Origin: Nemertoderma westbladi
Lineage: Eukaryota; Animalia; Xenacoelomorpha
Assembly: GCA_032718475.1 (NCBI GenBank)
Contig: JAUCBJ010006542.1
Span: 1-63,315 of the forward strand
Direction: 5' to 3'
DNA length: 63,315 nt
Made by a program: the position numbers and the translations under genes. This document shows positions 10,099-21,248 of this stretch, piece by piece. The notes beneath the pieces are model-generated. The model was not told the DNA's origin. It ran no database searches and saw only the letters and a list, made by a program, of their open reading frames with translations. Each line of letters begins with the position of its first letter. The stretch's first letter is position 1.

Positions 10099-11931
10099 TT
10101 ACTTCCTCTCTCTTCTGGTTCTGGTTGTCCCGGCTACCTCATCCCCCTCCGCTCTCGGTTCACGCCGTCGTCTCGTTGTCGGTTCATCTTCCCCCTTCGG
10201 TTCCCGCCTTCTCCTACTTGTCCCGACCCCCTCCTCGGCACCCTCTCCCGCCACCTCCCGTCGTCTGCGACTCGTCTCGACTTCCCCATTCTCCCCCTCC
10301 ACCTCCCGTCGTCTACGACTCGTCCCGACTTCCCCACTCTCCCCCTCCACCTCCCGCCGTCGTCTAGGCACGTTCTCTACCTCATCACTCGTCGCTTCTC
10401 TTCGTCTTCTTGCCGACCTCTCCTCGCCAACGTTAGCCACATCTCGTCTACGTCTATTCGTCGTCTCGGATTCCCCATCTTTAGACTCCCTTCTTCTTCT
10501 CCTTGATGTAGAAACTGCTTCTATCTTGTCTTGTATCGTCTTTTCTGAGTCTATCATACCTTCGCCGGCTTTGGTTTCACCGTCGGCTGTTGTAGCTTCA
10601 TCTTGCTTGGGTTCATCTTTATCTACTTTGGTTTTACCTTCATCTACCTTCGTTTCGCCTGTGGAACCTTCATCTTCCATGGTTTCATCTCCAGCTGCCT
10701 TGGTTTCATCATCTTCATCTACTTTGGTTTTACCTTGATCTACCTTAGTTTCGCCTGTTGTATCTTCATCTTCTTTGGGTTCATCTTCTTCCGTCTTGGT
10801 TTCATCTTCATCTACTTTGGTTTTACCTTGATCTACCTTAGTTTCGCCTGTTGTATCTTCATCTTCTTTGGGTTCATCTTCTTCCGTCTTGGTTTCATCT
10901 TCATCTACTTTGGTTTTACTTTGATCCACATTTGTTTCGCCAGTTGTACCTTCCTCTTCTTTGGGTTCACCTTCTGTCTTGGTTTCATCTTCATCTACTT
11001 TGGTTTTACTTTGATCCACCTTTGTTTCGCCTGTTGTACCTTCATCTTCTTTGGGTTCACCTGTCTTGGTTTCATCTTCATCTACTTTGGTTTTACCTTG
11101 ATCTGCCTTCGTTTCGCCTGTTGTGCCTTCATCTTCCTTGATTTTATCCTCATCTGCCTTGGTTTCATCTGATCTCTTTTTCTTTTTTGTTATCTTTTTG
11201 TTTGGATCAGTTGCTTTTTTCTTTTTATTTTTTTTCACATCTGAAGTAGATTTCGGTTCTTCTTTACTTTTGTCTGTTTTTATTTCGGCTTCTCCGCTGA
11301 CATTCGTTTCATCTTTTACTCCATCACCGTCTTTAGGAGTGTCTCCTGCCGCGTCGTCAGTAGGAGTATCCCCAGTTACCTCATCTTTTGGGCCATCAGT
11401 ATTCGCCTTATCATCTTCACTCTCAACCTTCGCAATAACTTCGTTGCCATCACTGCCATCTTTTTCATTTCCATTATTCTCTGTATCAGATCCAGTAACT
11501 TCATCATTTTCTTTCGACTTGTCTTCAAGGTCATCCGCTTTCTCCTCGTCAACTTTTTCGTCAACATCCGATTCTTTATCACTCACATCTTCCTTTGCCG
11601 GCTGACTCTTTTTACGTATACGTTTTTCACTTTGAGGAGTTTCAAGTTTCAGAAAATCAAATAGATTTTCTTCCTCCAAATGTTCTAGGAATTCTGAATA
11701 GCCTCCGCAGTAATCGTCCTCGTTAAAGAACTGTGGCGGTGCGGGTGCTAGGTATCCCTTGCGCTCTATCTTCCCCTTGGCAATGAGAAGTTCTCTCGAA
11801 CGGTTATCCTGGGCCACATCGACCAATATGTAAGGGATTTCTTTACATTCTAGAATTAGTCGAGCTCTTTGTTGCCGTTTGCGGACCTCAATTGAACCGC
11901 AAATACTCGAAGTGAACAATCTCACACCCAT
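10099..11931 (-). CDS. SH3BGR: SH3 domain-binding glutamic acid-rich (SH3BGR-family) protein with a long acidic, repetitive C-terminal extension, single-exon CDS
   Basis: The first 95 or so aa match the thioredoxin-like SH3BGR domain (SSICGSIEVRKRQQ, IPYILVDVA, PPQFFNEDDYCGGYSEF, LFDFLKL). This is followed by 29-31-aa repeats (GETKVDQGKTKVDEDETK...) and RRRRE-containing repeats of about 16 aa. Confidence 0.85.
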   Translation of the reverse strand: MGVRLFTSSICGSIEVRKRQQRARLILECKEIPYILVDVAQDNRSRELLIAKGKIERKGYLAPAPPQFFNEDDYCGGYSEFLEHLEEENLFDFLKLETPQSEKRIRKKSQPAKEDVSDKESDVDEKVDEEKADDLEDKSKENDEVTGSDTENNGNEKDGSDGNEVIAKVESEDDKANTDGPKDEVTGDTPTDDAAGDTPKDGDGVKDETNVSGEAEIKTDKSKEEPKSTSDVKKNKKKKATDPNKKITKKKKRSDETKADEDKIKEDEGTTGETKADQGKTKVDEDETKTGEPKEDEGTTGETKVDQSKTKVDEDETKTEGEPKEEEGTTGETNVDQSKTKVDEDETKTEEDEPKEDEDTTGETKVDQGKTKVDEDETKTEEDEPKEDEDTTGETKVDQGKTKVDEDDETKAAGDETMEDEGSTGETKVDEGKTKVDKDEPKQDEATTADGETKAGEGMIDSEKTIQDKIEAVSTSRRRRRESKDGESETTNRRRRDVANVGEERSARRRREATSDEVENVPRRRREVEGESGEVGTSRRRREVEGENGEVETSRRRREVAGEGAEEGVGTSRRRREPKGEDEPTTRRRREPRAEGDEVAGTTRTRRERK

Positions 11932-12706
11932 GGTAGAGGGTAAACGTAGACTGGGATATTAATCAACATAAAAAATAGGTAAATCCCATAGAAAGTTATA
12001 CAGATATTGAATTAATCAAACAGACTTAATATTATTAATACATCAACGCATAAAACATGCACTACTATCTTGTTGCCTGGGAAACGTTATCAAACAAAAT
12101 CAATATCTTTCAATATTTCGCAATGTATTGGGAAATATTGTAAACATAGTTCAGTACATTGACTAAGGACTAATCTAACGGATATACACTAAACCAACAC
12201 ACACCAAAGACTCGTTTATTACATTATGCTAACTAAAGGCCGGAAGACCCAGGCTTCCTTATTTTGTAATTAAAAAAATTGTTAATCAGAATTATGATCA
12301 GAAATAATATTACGTTTCCTTGAAATAATTAATAATTATTCAGCTCATTTCAATTCTCATCCAAAACAAAAATTAGTTTATCTAATCCTTCCCGGTATTA
12401 GGTTGAAAAAAAAAATAATTATTATATGTCGCAGATAATAAATATTGTGAGCCTTCACTCACTACATTGCTCGCAGCATAAGTAAATTGGGTCTGCAATG
12501 TCAGGTATTGTGGTATATCCTCCTGCAGTAGACGTAGACGCTGAGTTTATGTGGGTGGCTGCCTCTGTTCTACCAGTAATCTTGGATGGGCTAGGCTGTG
12601 GTATTTAATTCGTTATCTTATTGGTCACTGAAATCTGGAAGGCAGTTGAGATTCCTTCCAACCAGGTATTATTGACATCATTGATATACGTTCCCAAGTG
12701 AAGAGT

Positions 12707-12936
12707 CAGGGGGGAAAACTGGACGCAAAACCCGCCTTGGCGAATAAATATCCCGCATCAATGTTAAATTCTCAATTTAGGGAAAGGAGCAGGTTACAGT
12801 GGCACGTTATTTTAACCAAAACAATAAACTAAGCACAATAGAACAGGTTACAGTTTTATTTTTGAGAATAATCAGCTGTTAATTGCGTCGAATTTCCCCT
12901 GGAGAGGGATGCATTTTTATTGCGTCCAGTTTCCCC
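12707..12936 (+). mobile_element. MITE family A, near full-length copy (TIR CAGGGGGGAAAACTGGACGCAA / TTGCGTCCAGTTTCCCC)
   Basis: Terminal inverted repeats are visible and the interior is nearly identical to 14136-14319. Confidence 0.8.
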
Positions 12937-12945
12937 GGTATACAG

Positions 12946-13029
12946 ACGTTTCGGCCTAGGACGTTTCGGTCCAGGACGTTTCGGCCTGGACATTTCGGCC
13001 CGGACGATTCGGCCCGGACGTTTCGGCCC
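12946..13029. repeat. 14-15-bp tandem repeat ggacgtttcggcc(c/t), six copies
   Basis: Directly visible. It abuts the right TIR of the MITE and is probably the end of another inserted element. Confidence 0.85.
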
Positions 13030-13600
13030 ATGACTGTAACTTAATGAAAAGGCTAACTTGTTTGATATGATAATAATTATTCATTAAAATTATAATTATT
13101 TCACAATAACATACAAACACTTAATAAAATATCTTTCATGAAATGGCTATTTAATTTATCTTTATTTCAAAATAAAATAAACATTAGGGAAGTGGTGCTC
13201 TGGTTCCATAGACAATTCGCCATCAATTATATTATGCGGCCGAAAAAATGCAAGTCAGAACAAATCTATTGGTCTCGAGTACCACATTACTAATCCTAAT
13301 ATACAGTACTACCAAAGTGAATCAATTTCACGACCCATGTAGAGCTTATATCTCGTCTGATCGATATATTTTGGAGATACTTCATTAACTTTAAACATTA
13401 GGCCTACTCAATTGATAATTCTTGTAGCTGGACAGTGTATTGCAGCTATGTCTTAATGATCTGTTGAAACAATAAGTCTCATCTTCGATGATAGATGATT
13501 TTGATTTATACTGATAGATAGATAACGACGTATAATGCTTTTATTAATACATATGCTTTTAATACATATTTTATTTCACTTCACATCCACTCTGGTCCTT

Positions 13601-13718
13601 TTAATGCGCATACATTTCATCTAAATTTAAATTTAATACGCATACATTTCATCTAAATTTAAATTTAATACGCATACATTTCATCTAAATTTAAATTTAA
13701 TACGCATATATTTTATCT
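13601..13718. repeat. 32-bp tandem repeat, about 3.5 copies (cgcatacatttcatctaaatttaaatttaata)
   Basis: Units start at 13607, 13639, 13671 and 13703. Confidence 0.9.
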
Positions 13719-14135
13719 CATTCCATATGACATCCTGTCTGTCTCTTAATTATTAGCAATGCTCCTATAATGAAATATTTCTTATCTATTATATTTTTAA
13801 GACCAACATTAAAATACAGTAATAATTTTAATTCGGTTTATTTTAATGTACTTAATTTATTGACTCACATTTTAAAGTACGTATGTTTTTTTATGGGGGA
13901 AACCCCATCATCATAATACTAAAGTTAATTTGTCAACATATGTTATCTTTGTTCTAAGTTACAGTATGGTGTATATTTATATTAATAAATAATAATAATA
14001 ATATTACATTAGTTATTATTTATAAATATAATGTAGAACTTCGATCTTGACGACTTTCAAACAAGTGTTCGAGCAGTTCCTACTGACAACTCCTCTTGTA
14101 ACGAACGTAACAACTACAAAACAAATATATTGAAC

Positions 14136-14319
14136 TCAATGTTAAATTCTCAATTTAGGGAAAGGAGCAGGTTACAGTGGCACGTTATTTTAACCAAAAC
14201 AATAAACTAAGCACAATAGAACATGTTACAGTTTTATTTTTGAGAATAATCAGCTGTTATTTGCGTCGAATTTCCCCTGGAGAGGGGTGCATTTTTATTG
14301 CGTCCAGTTTCCTCCCCTG
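14136..14319 (+). mobile_element. MITE family A, 5'-truncated copy
   Basis: Matches the 12707-12936 copy from tcaatgttaaattctcaatttagggaaaggagcagg to the right TIR ttgcgtccagtttcctcccctg. Confidence 0.8.
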
Positions 14320-14557
14320 TTGCGGAGAACTACTATTTTTTTAATAATTAGTCGACTATTATTCATTGATCAGAGAAATTATCTTTCCTATCGAAAAATT
14401 ACACATCGGATTCGGAAAGGAATTTGGGCTTCCCTAAACTATCATAATGCCAGATAGGCAACTTTCGTATTTTCTACCATCTTCCAAAACAAACAGTATG
14501 GGAAACTTCACATTGATAGTATTTTTATATTCACTGATATGTTCTCATCTGGGGTGG

Positions 14558-14685
14558 CGCGAATGTTGTTCCTAATTATATTTTGCAAATTTTGTTCCAA
14601 CGGGTAGCGAACTTAGTTCCTCTATTCGCGAACTTTGTTCCTATTATTGCGAACTTTGTTCTTATTATCGCGAACTTTGTTTCCA
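14558..14685. repeat. Short degenerate repeat of about 21 bp (gcgaactttgttcctattat)
   Basis: Four adjacent copies at about 14608-14683 plus a diverged one near 14558. Confidence 0.65.
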
Positions 14686-15589
14686 TCTCTTTCAGATTAT
14701 ATTTTAGTATATCTTACTTAATGCATATATTGATTACAAATTATTCAACTAGACAAACAGTGTTGTGCCTGCAGGGTGCTACTGAGTATTGGCAATACGA
14801 CGTTACTACCAATATTGTACAATAAATGCATCGTTTGATAAATGAGCATTGTATCCTATAGGATGAACCGTGCAATTAGCATCCTTGTATGGTAAATATC
14901 CAGCAGGCATTTACTAATAGACCTAAGTCTTTCACCGCCATCCATATTATTTGACATTAAACTCAGATCATCATCACCTTGTCGAGGTATATCAACTGTA
15001 TCTGGTAGTTTTCCTATACTTTTGGTTGGTTGTATTTCCGAGTTGTTAGTTCGTACTAATTTTCTGTTATTGAATAATAAAATATTTTCGATGTTCCATA
15101 GCTCTGCGATGAAAAGCAATAATACAATATTTCATAAAGAATCATTGGAAGAAGATGGTGCGAGGGCGGATGCACTATAAGGCGGACTATCACAATATAG
15201 TATGGAGAAGAATGGTGTCAATTGAAGGGTTACTATATCTTATAGATGGTTTCCGGCAGGTACAGTATATGTAACTCGCAGAAGTTGTTAGTGCAATAAG
15301 CTCATCTGAAGTTCCTCACTGTAGGCTACAACATAACAGATAAAGGTTGGGACTTTTCAAATGCGTAGGCCTTATATTGGTTAGATATTGTAGATATACA
15401 GTATGATATGGGGCCGCTTTTGGTCAAGATTGTATTTCGTGGCGTTGTATCTATGATTTATTGTCGTGAACTTTATCATTATTTTTGAAAAATGTTTAAG
15501 AGATAAGTGACCAGGATTATGTTTGATGTAGGCCTATATTGCGACCAACAGGCGGTTATTCAATCTTTATTCAATATTCCAGGTAATCT

Positions 15590-16200
15590 AACTACAGTAT
15601 CCTTTGGGTTGTCGTCAGTGGGGCAGGGGGCAGTAGGGATGCCACATATCTAGATTAGTGTTCCCAAGGATCTCATCCACTCTGTTGGAATGTAAATAAT
15701 GGAATAGCAGTTCTCCTCATTGTGGAGCTGTCCAAGGACGACGGTTGAATCCTCCCAGTAATTCCCTTTAATTTCCAGGATGGCATCCGCTACATAGATA
15801 GAGGCTCGAGCGCGTAATTGAGATGCACACAGTTATAATTTTAGTACAGGCCGGGTTTGAGCCTGAGGTGAAAGTGGATCGCACATTGCTGAATACAAGG
15901 CGGGATTTCGACACTATACAAGGTAGAGTGCCGGGCCGCTCCATGGACTGAGGCATCTGAGAATATGTGCAGGTCTATTTTGGTCAATGTCAGCGCAGCA
16001 TCGTGATCTTGCCTATGCTGGGCAAATATTTGTTCCACTTTGGCCTGATGTCATGGGGAATAGGTTTGTCCCATCCAATTTTCAACCTGTATACGTCTTT
16101 AAGGATCTGCTTTCCAATGACTATCAATGTTGTTGCAAGTCAGAAAGGATTATAGATCCAAGATCGAATAGCAGAATGCTAAGATTAATCTAGATATCGT
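15590..16200 (-). pseudogene. BEL/Pao LTR retrotransposon pol relic (post-RT and RNase H region)
   Basis: Minus-strand translation across frameshifts and stops gives IYNPF*L...GKQILKDVYRLKIGWDKPIP...W, LHIFSDAS, IVSKSRLV, YWEDSTVVL, NRVDEIL and TDDNPKD, all Pao-type motifs in the correct order. Confidence 0.8.
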
Positions 16201-18038
16201 TTGTGCGCGATCAGAAGCTCCGCTTCGTATAACTCCGTATAACTCCCAGGCATGGAGATCGATCAACTTGCTTGCTGGTCGAAAAAGCCAACCAACCACC
16301 AAGGTTAAGGCTGAATCACCAGCCGATCGCCTCAATGGTTGGAAGGCCCACTTTGAAAAGCTCCTCAATAATGACAGGGTATTGCCTGATAACTTTATAG
16401 AAGTAAAAGTGTCTGAGTCTGTACTCCCAGATATTCCCATTGGTGATATCTCCTTTGCAGAAGTGAAGGCTGCTGCAAAGAGCATTAAGACCAATCGTGC
16501 CAGTGGAGTAGATGGTGTTCCCCCTGAGGTCTTTAAAATACCTGAGTGTTTAAAGCTCATCTATCCCATCATAGTAGACATGTACCGTACAACAAGAGTC
16601 CCACAAGAAATGAAAACAAATAAGTTGGTGCCAGTTCCCAAGAAGGGCAACCTAACACTCTATGGTTCTTTTCGGGGAATCTCATTGATCTCGATTGCTG
16701 CAAAGCTATACAATAGAATTCTATTAAATCGCATCAGGGATCCCATTGAGAGACTGCTCCGTGGAAATCAGAATGGGTTCCGTAAAGGTCGTGGGACCAT
16801 GGAGCCCATTTTAGCACTTAGAAGGATAATTGAAGAGTTATCAAAAAAGAAAGACAGGCATCTGGCTGTTATCTTTGTTGACTTCTTCAAGGCCTTTGAT
16901 TCAGTCTCTCGCTTACGTATGTTCAGCATACTTTCATTATATGGGATTCCTGATGAAATTATTGCAGCAATCAGATCAGTATACGATGGTTCGACAACAT
17001 TTGTGTCTACTGTTGATGGTGACACAGAACCATTTGAAGTGTTATGGGGCGTCCTCCAGGGAGACACACTTGCACCATTCTTGTTCATAATTGTTGTTGA
17101 CTATGTTCTACGCATGTCCTTAGATCATCATAATGATGATGGGGTGATGATAACTCCACCTACTGGCTCCAGAAGTCGAGGAAATCCGGCCAAGTACCTA
17201 ACTGATCTAGACTTTGCTGATGACTTAGGAGTACTCTCAGAATCACTAGAGGGAGCCCAACGGCTCCTCAGCTCATTAGAACATGCTGCTTCTAGTGTTG
17301 GTCTTTTTATTAACTCCAGAAAGACCAAAATTTTGACAGTTAACTTTGAAAGTCCTCAGCAAGTCTCTGATCGGATGAGCATAAGCTCAAAAGATGGTTA
17401 TGCTTGAGCATGTGGATGACTTCTGCTACCTGGGATCATGGATCCGGAAGTCAGGTGAGGACCTTCGAATACGTAAGGGAAAGGCATGGGCAGCCTTGAA
17501 TAGGCTTTCCAGGATTTGGAAGTCACCGAGAATTAATCGGAAACTTAAGGTCCGATTATTTAGAGCAGCAGTAGTTCCAGTACTCCTCTATGGGAGTCCA
17601 TGCTGGGCTCTAACTGCTGAGGACACCAAATCTCTGGATGGCACATTCACAAGAATGCTACGCCGGGTTCATTGTGTCAAGTTCAATGCACACATCTCCA
17701 ACCAGACACTATATAACATTGGAGGTGTCTCATTGGTTCCCCCAAGCTTGACACTAGAACAAAAGCGCCTCCGCTTTGCAGGACATTGCTTTCGCCGTGA
17801 GGACCAGCCAGTGCATAATCTTGTACTTTGGCAGCCTCATGGAGTGAATAAGCATGGTGGACAGCCCATGACTTTCTTGAGACGCATCTTAAAGGACACT
17901 GGCCTTGAAGATGCGGATGATCTAGCAAATGTCATGGGTGATAGGGAGTTGTGGTGGTGCAATTTTGTCGATAAGCCGGCACAGCATTCTTAAAAATGCA
18001 GCTGCAATGCAGCATGCCGATCCTAGTAGCTAGTAGTA
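16200..18038 (+). mobile_element. 5'-truncated RTE-clade non-LTR retrotransposon; RT ORF split by one frameshift (16268-17407 and 17394-17993)
   Basis: Motifs QNGFRKGR, FVDFFKAFDS, GVLQGDTLAPFLF, DLDFADD, FCYLGSWI and RLRFAGHC-x-R...LVLWQP. A short (TAG)-like tail lies near 18023-18038. The endonuclease domain is absent and the 5' boundary is approximate. Confidence 0.9.
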
Positions 18039-18039
18039 A

Positions 18040-18775
18040 CGACGGAATTGGTGTTAGTGTTCTGTTCTGCTCTGCTCTGGTTGACTACCGTTTATGGCCT
18101 GCGTGAACTCGGGAGTTCTTCAGAATTTCTCGAAGTTCCTTTCCTAACCCGATGATCTCTTCTACGGTGTTACCTAACGCCATGCCGTCATTAACATAGA
18201 AACCCTTAAGATCATAAGTATTGCATCATGAATATATTATCCGTGTTTTCCGTCCACTTTTGCCCGTATGCCCCGTGTAAATTTGTATGAGGATTACTTT
18301 GCTCACATATTCTGAACTATCATCTTGTAGGGTTGATTGATTGATTAGTTTATCTTTTATTCACAATATGGGGTTAAGATTACCCCATATACTAACACAA
18401 TATACAATACGCAAATACAATTATCGCATTGATAGGCATGTTCCTAGGTTCGCCTTCACCGTCGTACCATAAGAAAATTTGGCAGGGTCACTGTCGTTCT
18501 TCGTCACGTTTACCATGTTAAACATTGCTTCGATATTGCATATGAATGAAAACTTCCCAAAGCGAAAACGAAGGAGAACCTCAATTCCGAGTCATAAATA
18601 TTTGGTCCATAAGATAGTCATATAAATGATTTGCATTGGTTTTGACCGCCGCATCAACAACTCTGCGAAGTTTGTTTTCCTTTCTTTTTGACAACGGCGA
18701 TGTGCAGTGGATGGTACTAAGTACGTACAATCCGTATTTGATTCGTCATCCGGAAGTTTGAAACTGTCTGTAAGT
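18040..18775 (-). pseudogene. BEL/Pao LTR retrotransposon reverse-transcriptase relic (upstream half of the element at 15590-16200)
   Basis: Minus-strand KLRRVVDAA, LLRFRFGKFSFICNIEAMFNMVNV, IFLW and GFYVNDG (a decayed FYVDD), with multiple frameshifts. Confidence 0.75.
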
Positions 18776-18784
18776 CTCAGATAA

Positions 18785-18950
18785 GGGGGGGGGGGGGGGG
18801 GGGAGGAGGCCGAGTACTGTAACCTGTTTTATTGTGTTTAGTTTATTGCTTTGGTTAAAATAACGTGCCACTGTAACATGCTCCTTTCCCTAAATGGAGA
18901 ATTCAACATTGAGGCGGGTTTTGCGTCCAGTTCCCCCCCCCCCCCCCCTG
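18785..18950 (-). mobile_element. MITE family A, internally deleted copy in reverse orientation with expanded G/C runs
   Basis: ctgtaacctgttttattgtg...gccactgtaacatgctcctttccctaaat...ttttgcgtccagtt(c)n-tg is the reverse complement of the family A left half. Confidence 0.75.
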
Positions 18951-19676
18951 TCTCGTAAGTCTGTAACAAAATTTGCCGATGCGAGATATGTCTCCAAATA
19001 AAATCATCACTATAAAACTTTTAAGACTTTGGGAAACAATAGAAGTAACAACCGTTAATGGCCACAATTATCGCGTTCAAAACATAAACATTCTAAGTTT
19101 CATAAACAAATGTATTAATATAATCAATTTATAACTACATAAATAAGAACCCTTATTAGACATAAAGTAAAATACAGTTAGCAGCACACACTAATAAACT
19201 ACGTACATTATAGTAGATGTTATAAGTTTAGCACTATTCACAATATATAATTGTATCCACATATTTTATAAGAGTACACAATATATCAACTATACATACA
19301 TACATTATTACTTTCTATGTAAGCATATTTCATAATTTAACCTTTTAAGTAAATACATTAAATACACGCGTGATAATTATAAAGAAAAAAATTAGTTAAA
19401 CCAAATCACATGGCAGCACATTATTACATATAATATCAATTAATATAGCGGTATTATATTACATGAATTGAAAAAGCCACTATTAAAGCATTTAAAATAA
19501 ATTGGAACATTGTATTATTACTATTGAATTACAGTGCTAGAAAATAAAAAGACATATTATTAAATTACATGAAATTAAAACTCAGGCGTATTTTTATAAT
19601 AAATTGGTTGCCGATTTTTCGTACATTAGTTTAATTCACTAAATACACAGATTACCCTACACTTCCATATCAATGG

Positions 19677-19823
19677 AGGGGGGGGGGGGGGGGGGGGGTT
19701 GGCCGCAAATCCTATCTCGGCGAATAAAAAAATTATATCAATGTTATATTACTATTTAGGGAAAGGAACAGGGTACAGTGACACTTTATTCTAACCCAAA
19801 CAATAAACGAAAGTCAATAGAAA
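19677..19823 (+). mobile_element. MITE family A, diverged partial copy
   Basis: A poly-G run is followed by ggcgaataaa...atcaatgtta...tttagggaaaggaacagggtacagtgacac...aacccaaacaataaac. Confidence 0.65.
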
Positions 19824-21248
19824 GTAGCGAGAAGTTAATTAATTAATTTATTGTAGTTTAAAATAAAATGAGTAATGTAGTTACAGGTATAGTTTGTTTT
19901 GGTTTTAATTAAAATACTTTACTTACTTACCGCTACTGCACAAAGAATATGAGATGAGTAACATCTTTAAAGATTATAGTTTGAAACTAAGTTCACCAAT
20001 TAGATAAGCGCTAATTAATAATACTAACTTATTTTTATTGAATATTAAAAGTACAGTGTAACATAGCAGCAGTCAAATTAAAAATTAATAACGTTCATAA
20101 AAAACAACATGTTGGTATCTATAGAACAAATCTAACTTAAATGGACCCATTGTTAGAAGATAAGTTTGAATAAGAATAATGTCAATTTAGTTCTACAAAT
20201 TAAGATACTAAGTATATTATTATGTTGCTATATGAAAAGTTTTTAATTCGAAAAATCGATACGAAATTTCTTCCACTTATTTAACGGAATTCAGATATTC
20301 CGCCTTCTTGTATTGAGTTAACCATTTTCACAGTTTCACACTCGCTTCTCTCAAATCAGCCAACACGTTCAAAAGTTAAAGTGCAGAATAGAGTTGATTT
20401 TCGCATAATTGAATATGAGTTATAGATCGTGTAGATTTCAGTTTACTTTTTAGAATCTATACTTTCTGAAAAATATTTGGAAACAAAAGAAATTATTACG
20501 ATACCCTTTTCAGTTTACCATTAGTAATAAAAAAAATGATTGGTAATATTTAAATAACGTTGCTAAATATTAAATTAATCAATCGTTTTAATAACACAGA
20601 CTGTGATTAACAAAAACGAGTTTAAATAGCAATAAAATACAAATAAAAACGAAGGATTTGCATCGCGGATTTAATACTATCTTATTTACGTGAGATAAAA
20701 CCGCATGTTAAATATATTTCACGTTTAAGTCATATTCTTAATGCTGTAACATTGAGGCAAACATTATAGCAAGAAAATAGTAATTGTACAGCGAAAAAAC
20801 TTTCAGTTTTACCGTGTTCTGTAGAGCTTGGTTGTTACTCAAGCTCATTGCAGCGTAAAATATATCGAAACAATGTATTAATAATTTTCTTGTGTGAAAA
20901 TAACAGGCAACTTGCACCTCTATTAACATAAGATACAACTTTATACAACAATTATTGTTTACATCAATAATTTATGTAAAACAAAATAAACCACGTTAAA
21001 GGTTGCCATTATCAACAATATATTGACGCATTCTTTATTGCTATTGCTGAATTAATTCAGTTCACAAAATAACATACCTAACGCAATTAGTAGAATGCTT
21101 ATTAATTACTAAAATAGAATAAATTTGAGAAAAATTTAACTTAATCTAATTAAATTATAATCTTTCGTTTTATGTGATTTCGAATAATATTAAAAACAAT
21201 AAAAATAACTTGAAACTCTCCAATTATTGTTTCACAAGTTGATCGGGT

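Noticed and set aside
10028-11605. Ser-rich and Phe-rich plus-strand ORFs overlapping SH3BGR
   Set aside because: They are antisense readings of low-complexity coding repeats.
12946-13029. Tandem hammerhead ribozymes on the minus strand (ggccgaaacgtc)
   Set aside because: Only the GAAAC-GUC half is present, with no CUGANGA core or stem I partner nearby.
18785-19698. Poly-G/poly-C runs as standalone G-quadruplex regulatory elements
   Set aside because: They coincide with the G-rich termini of MITE family A copies and are best explained by homopolymer slippage.
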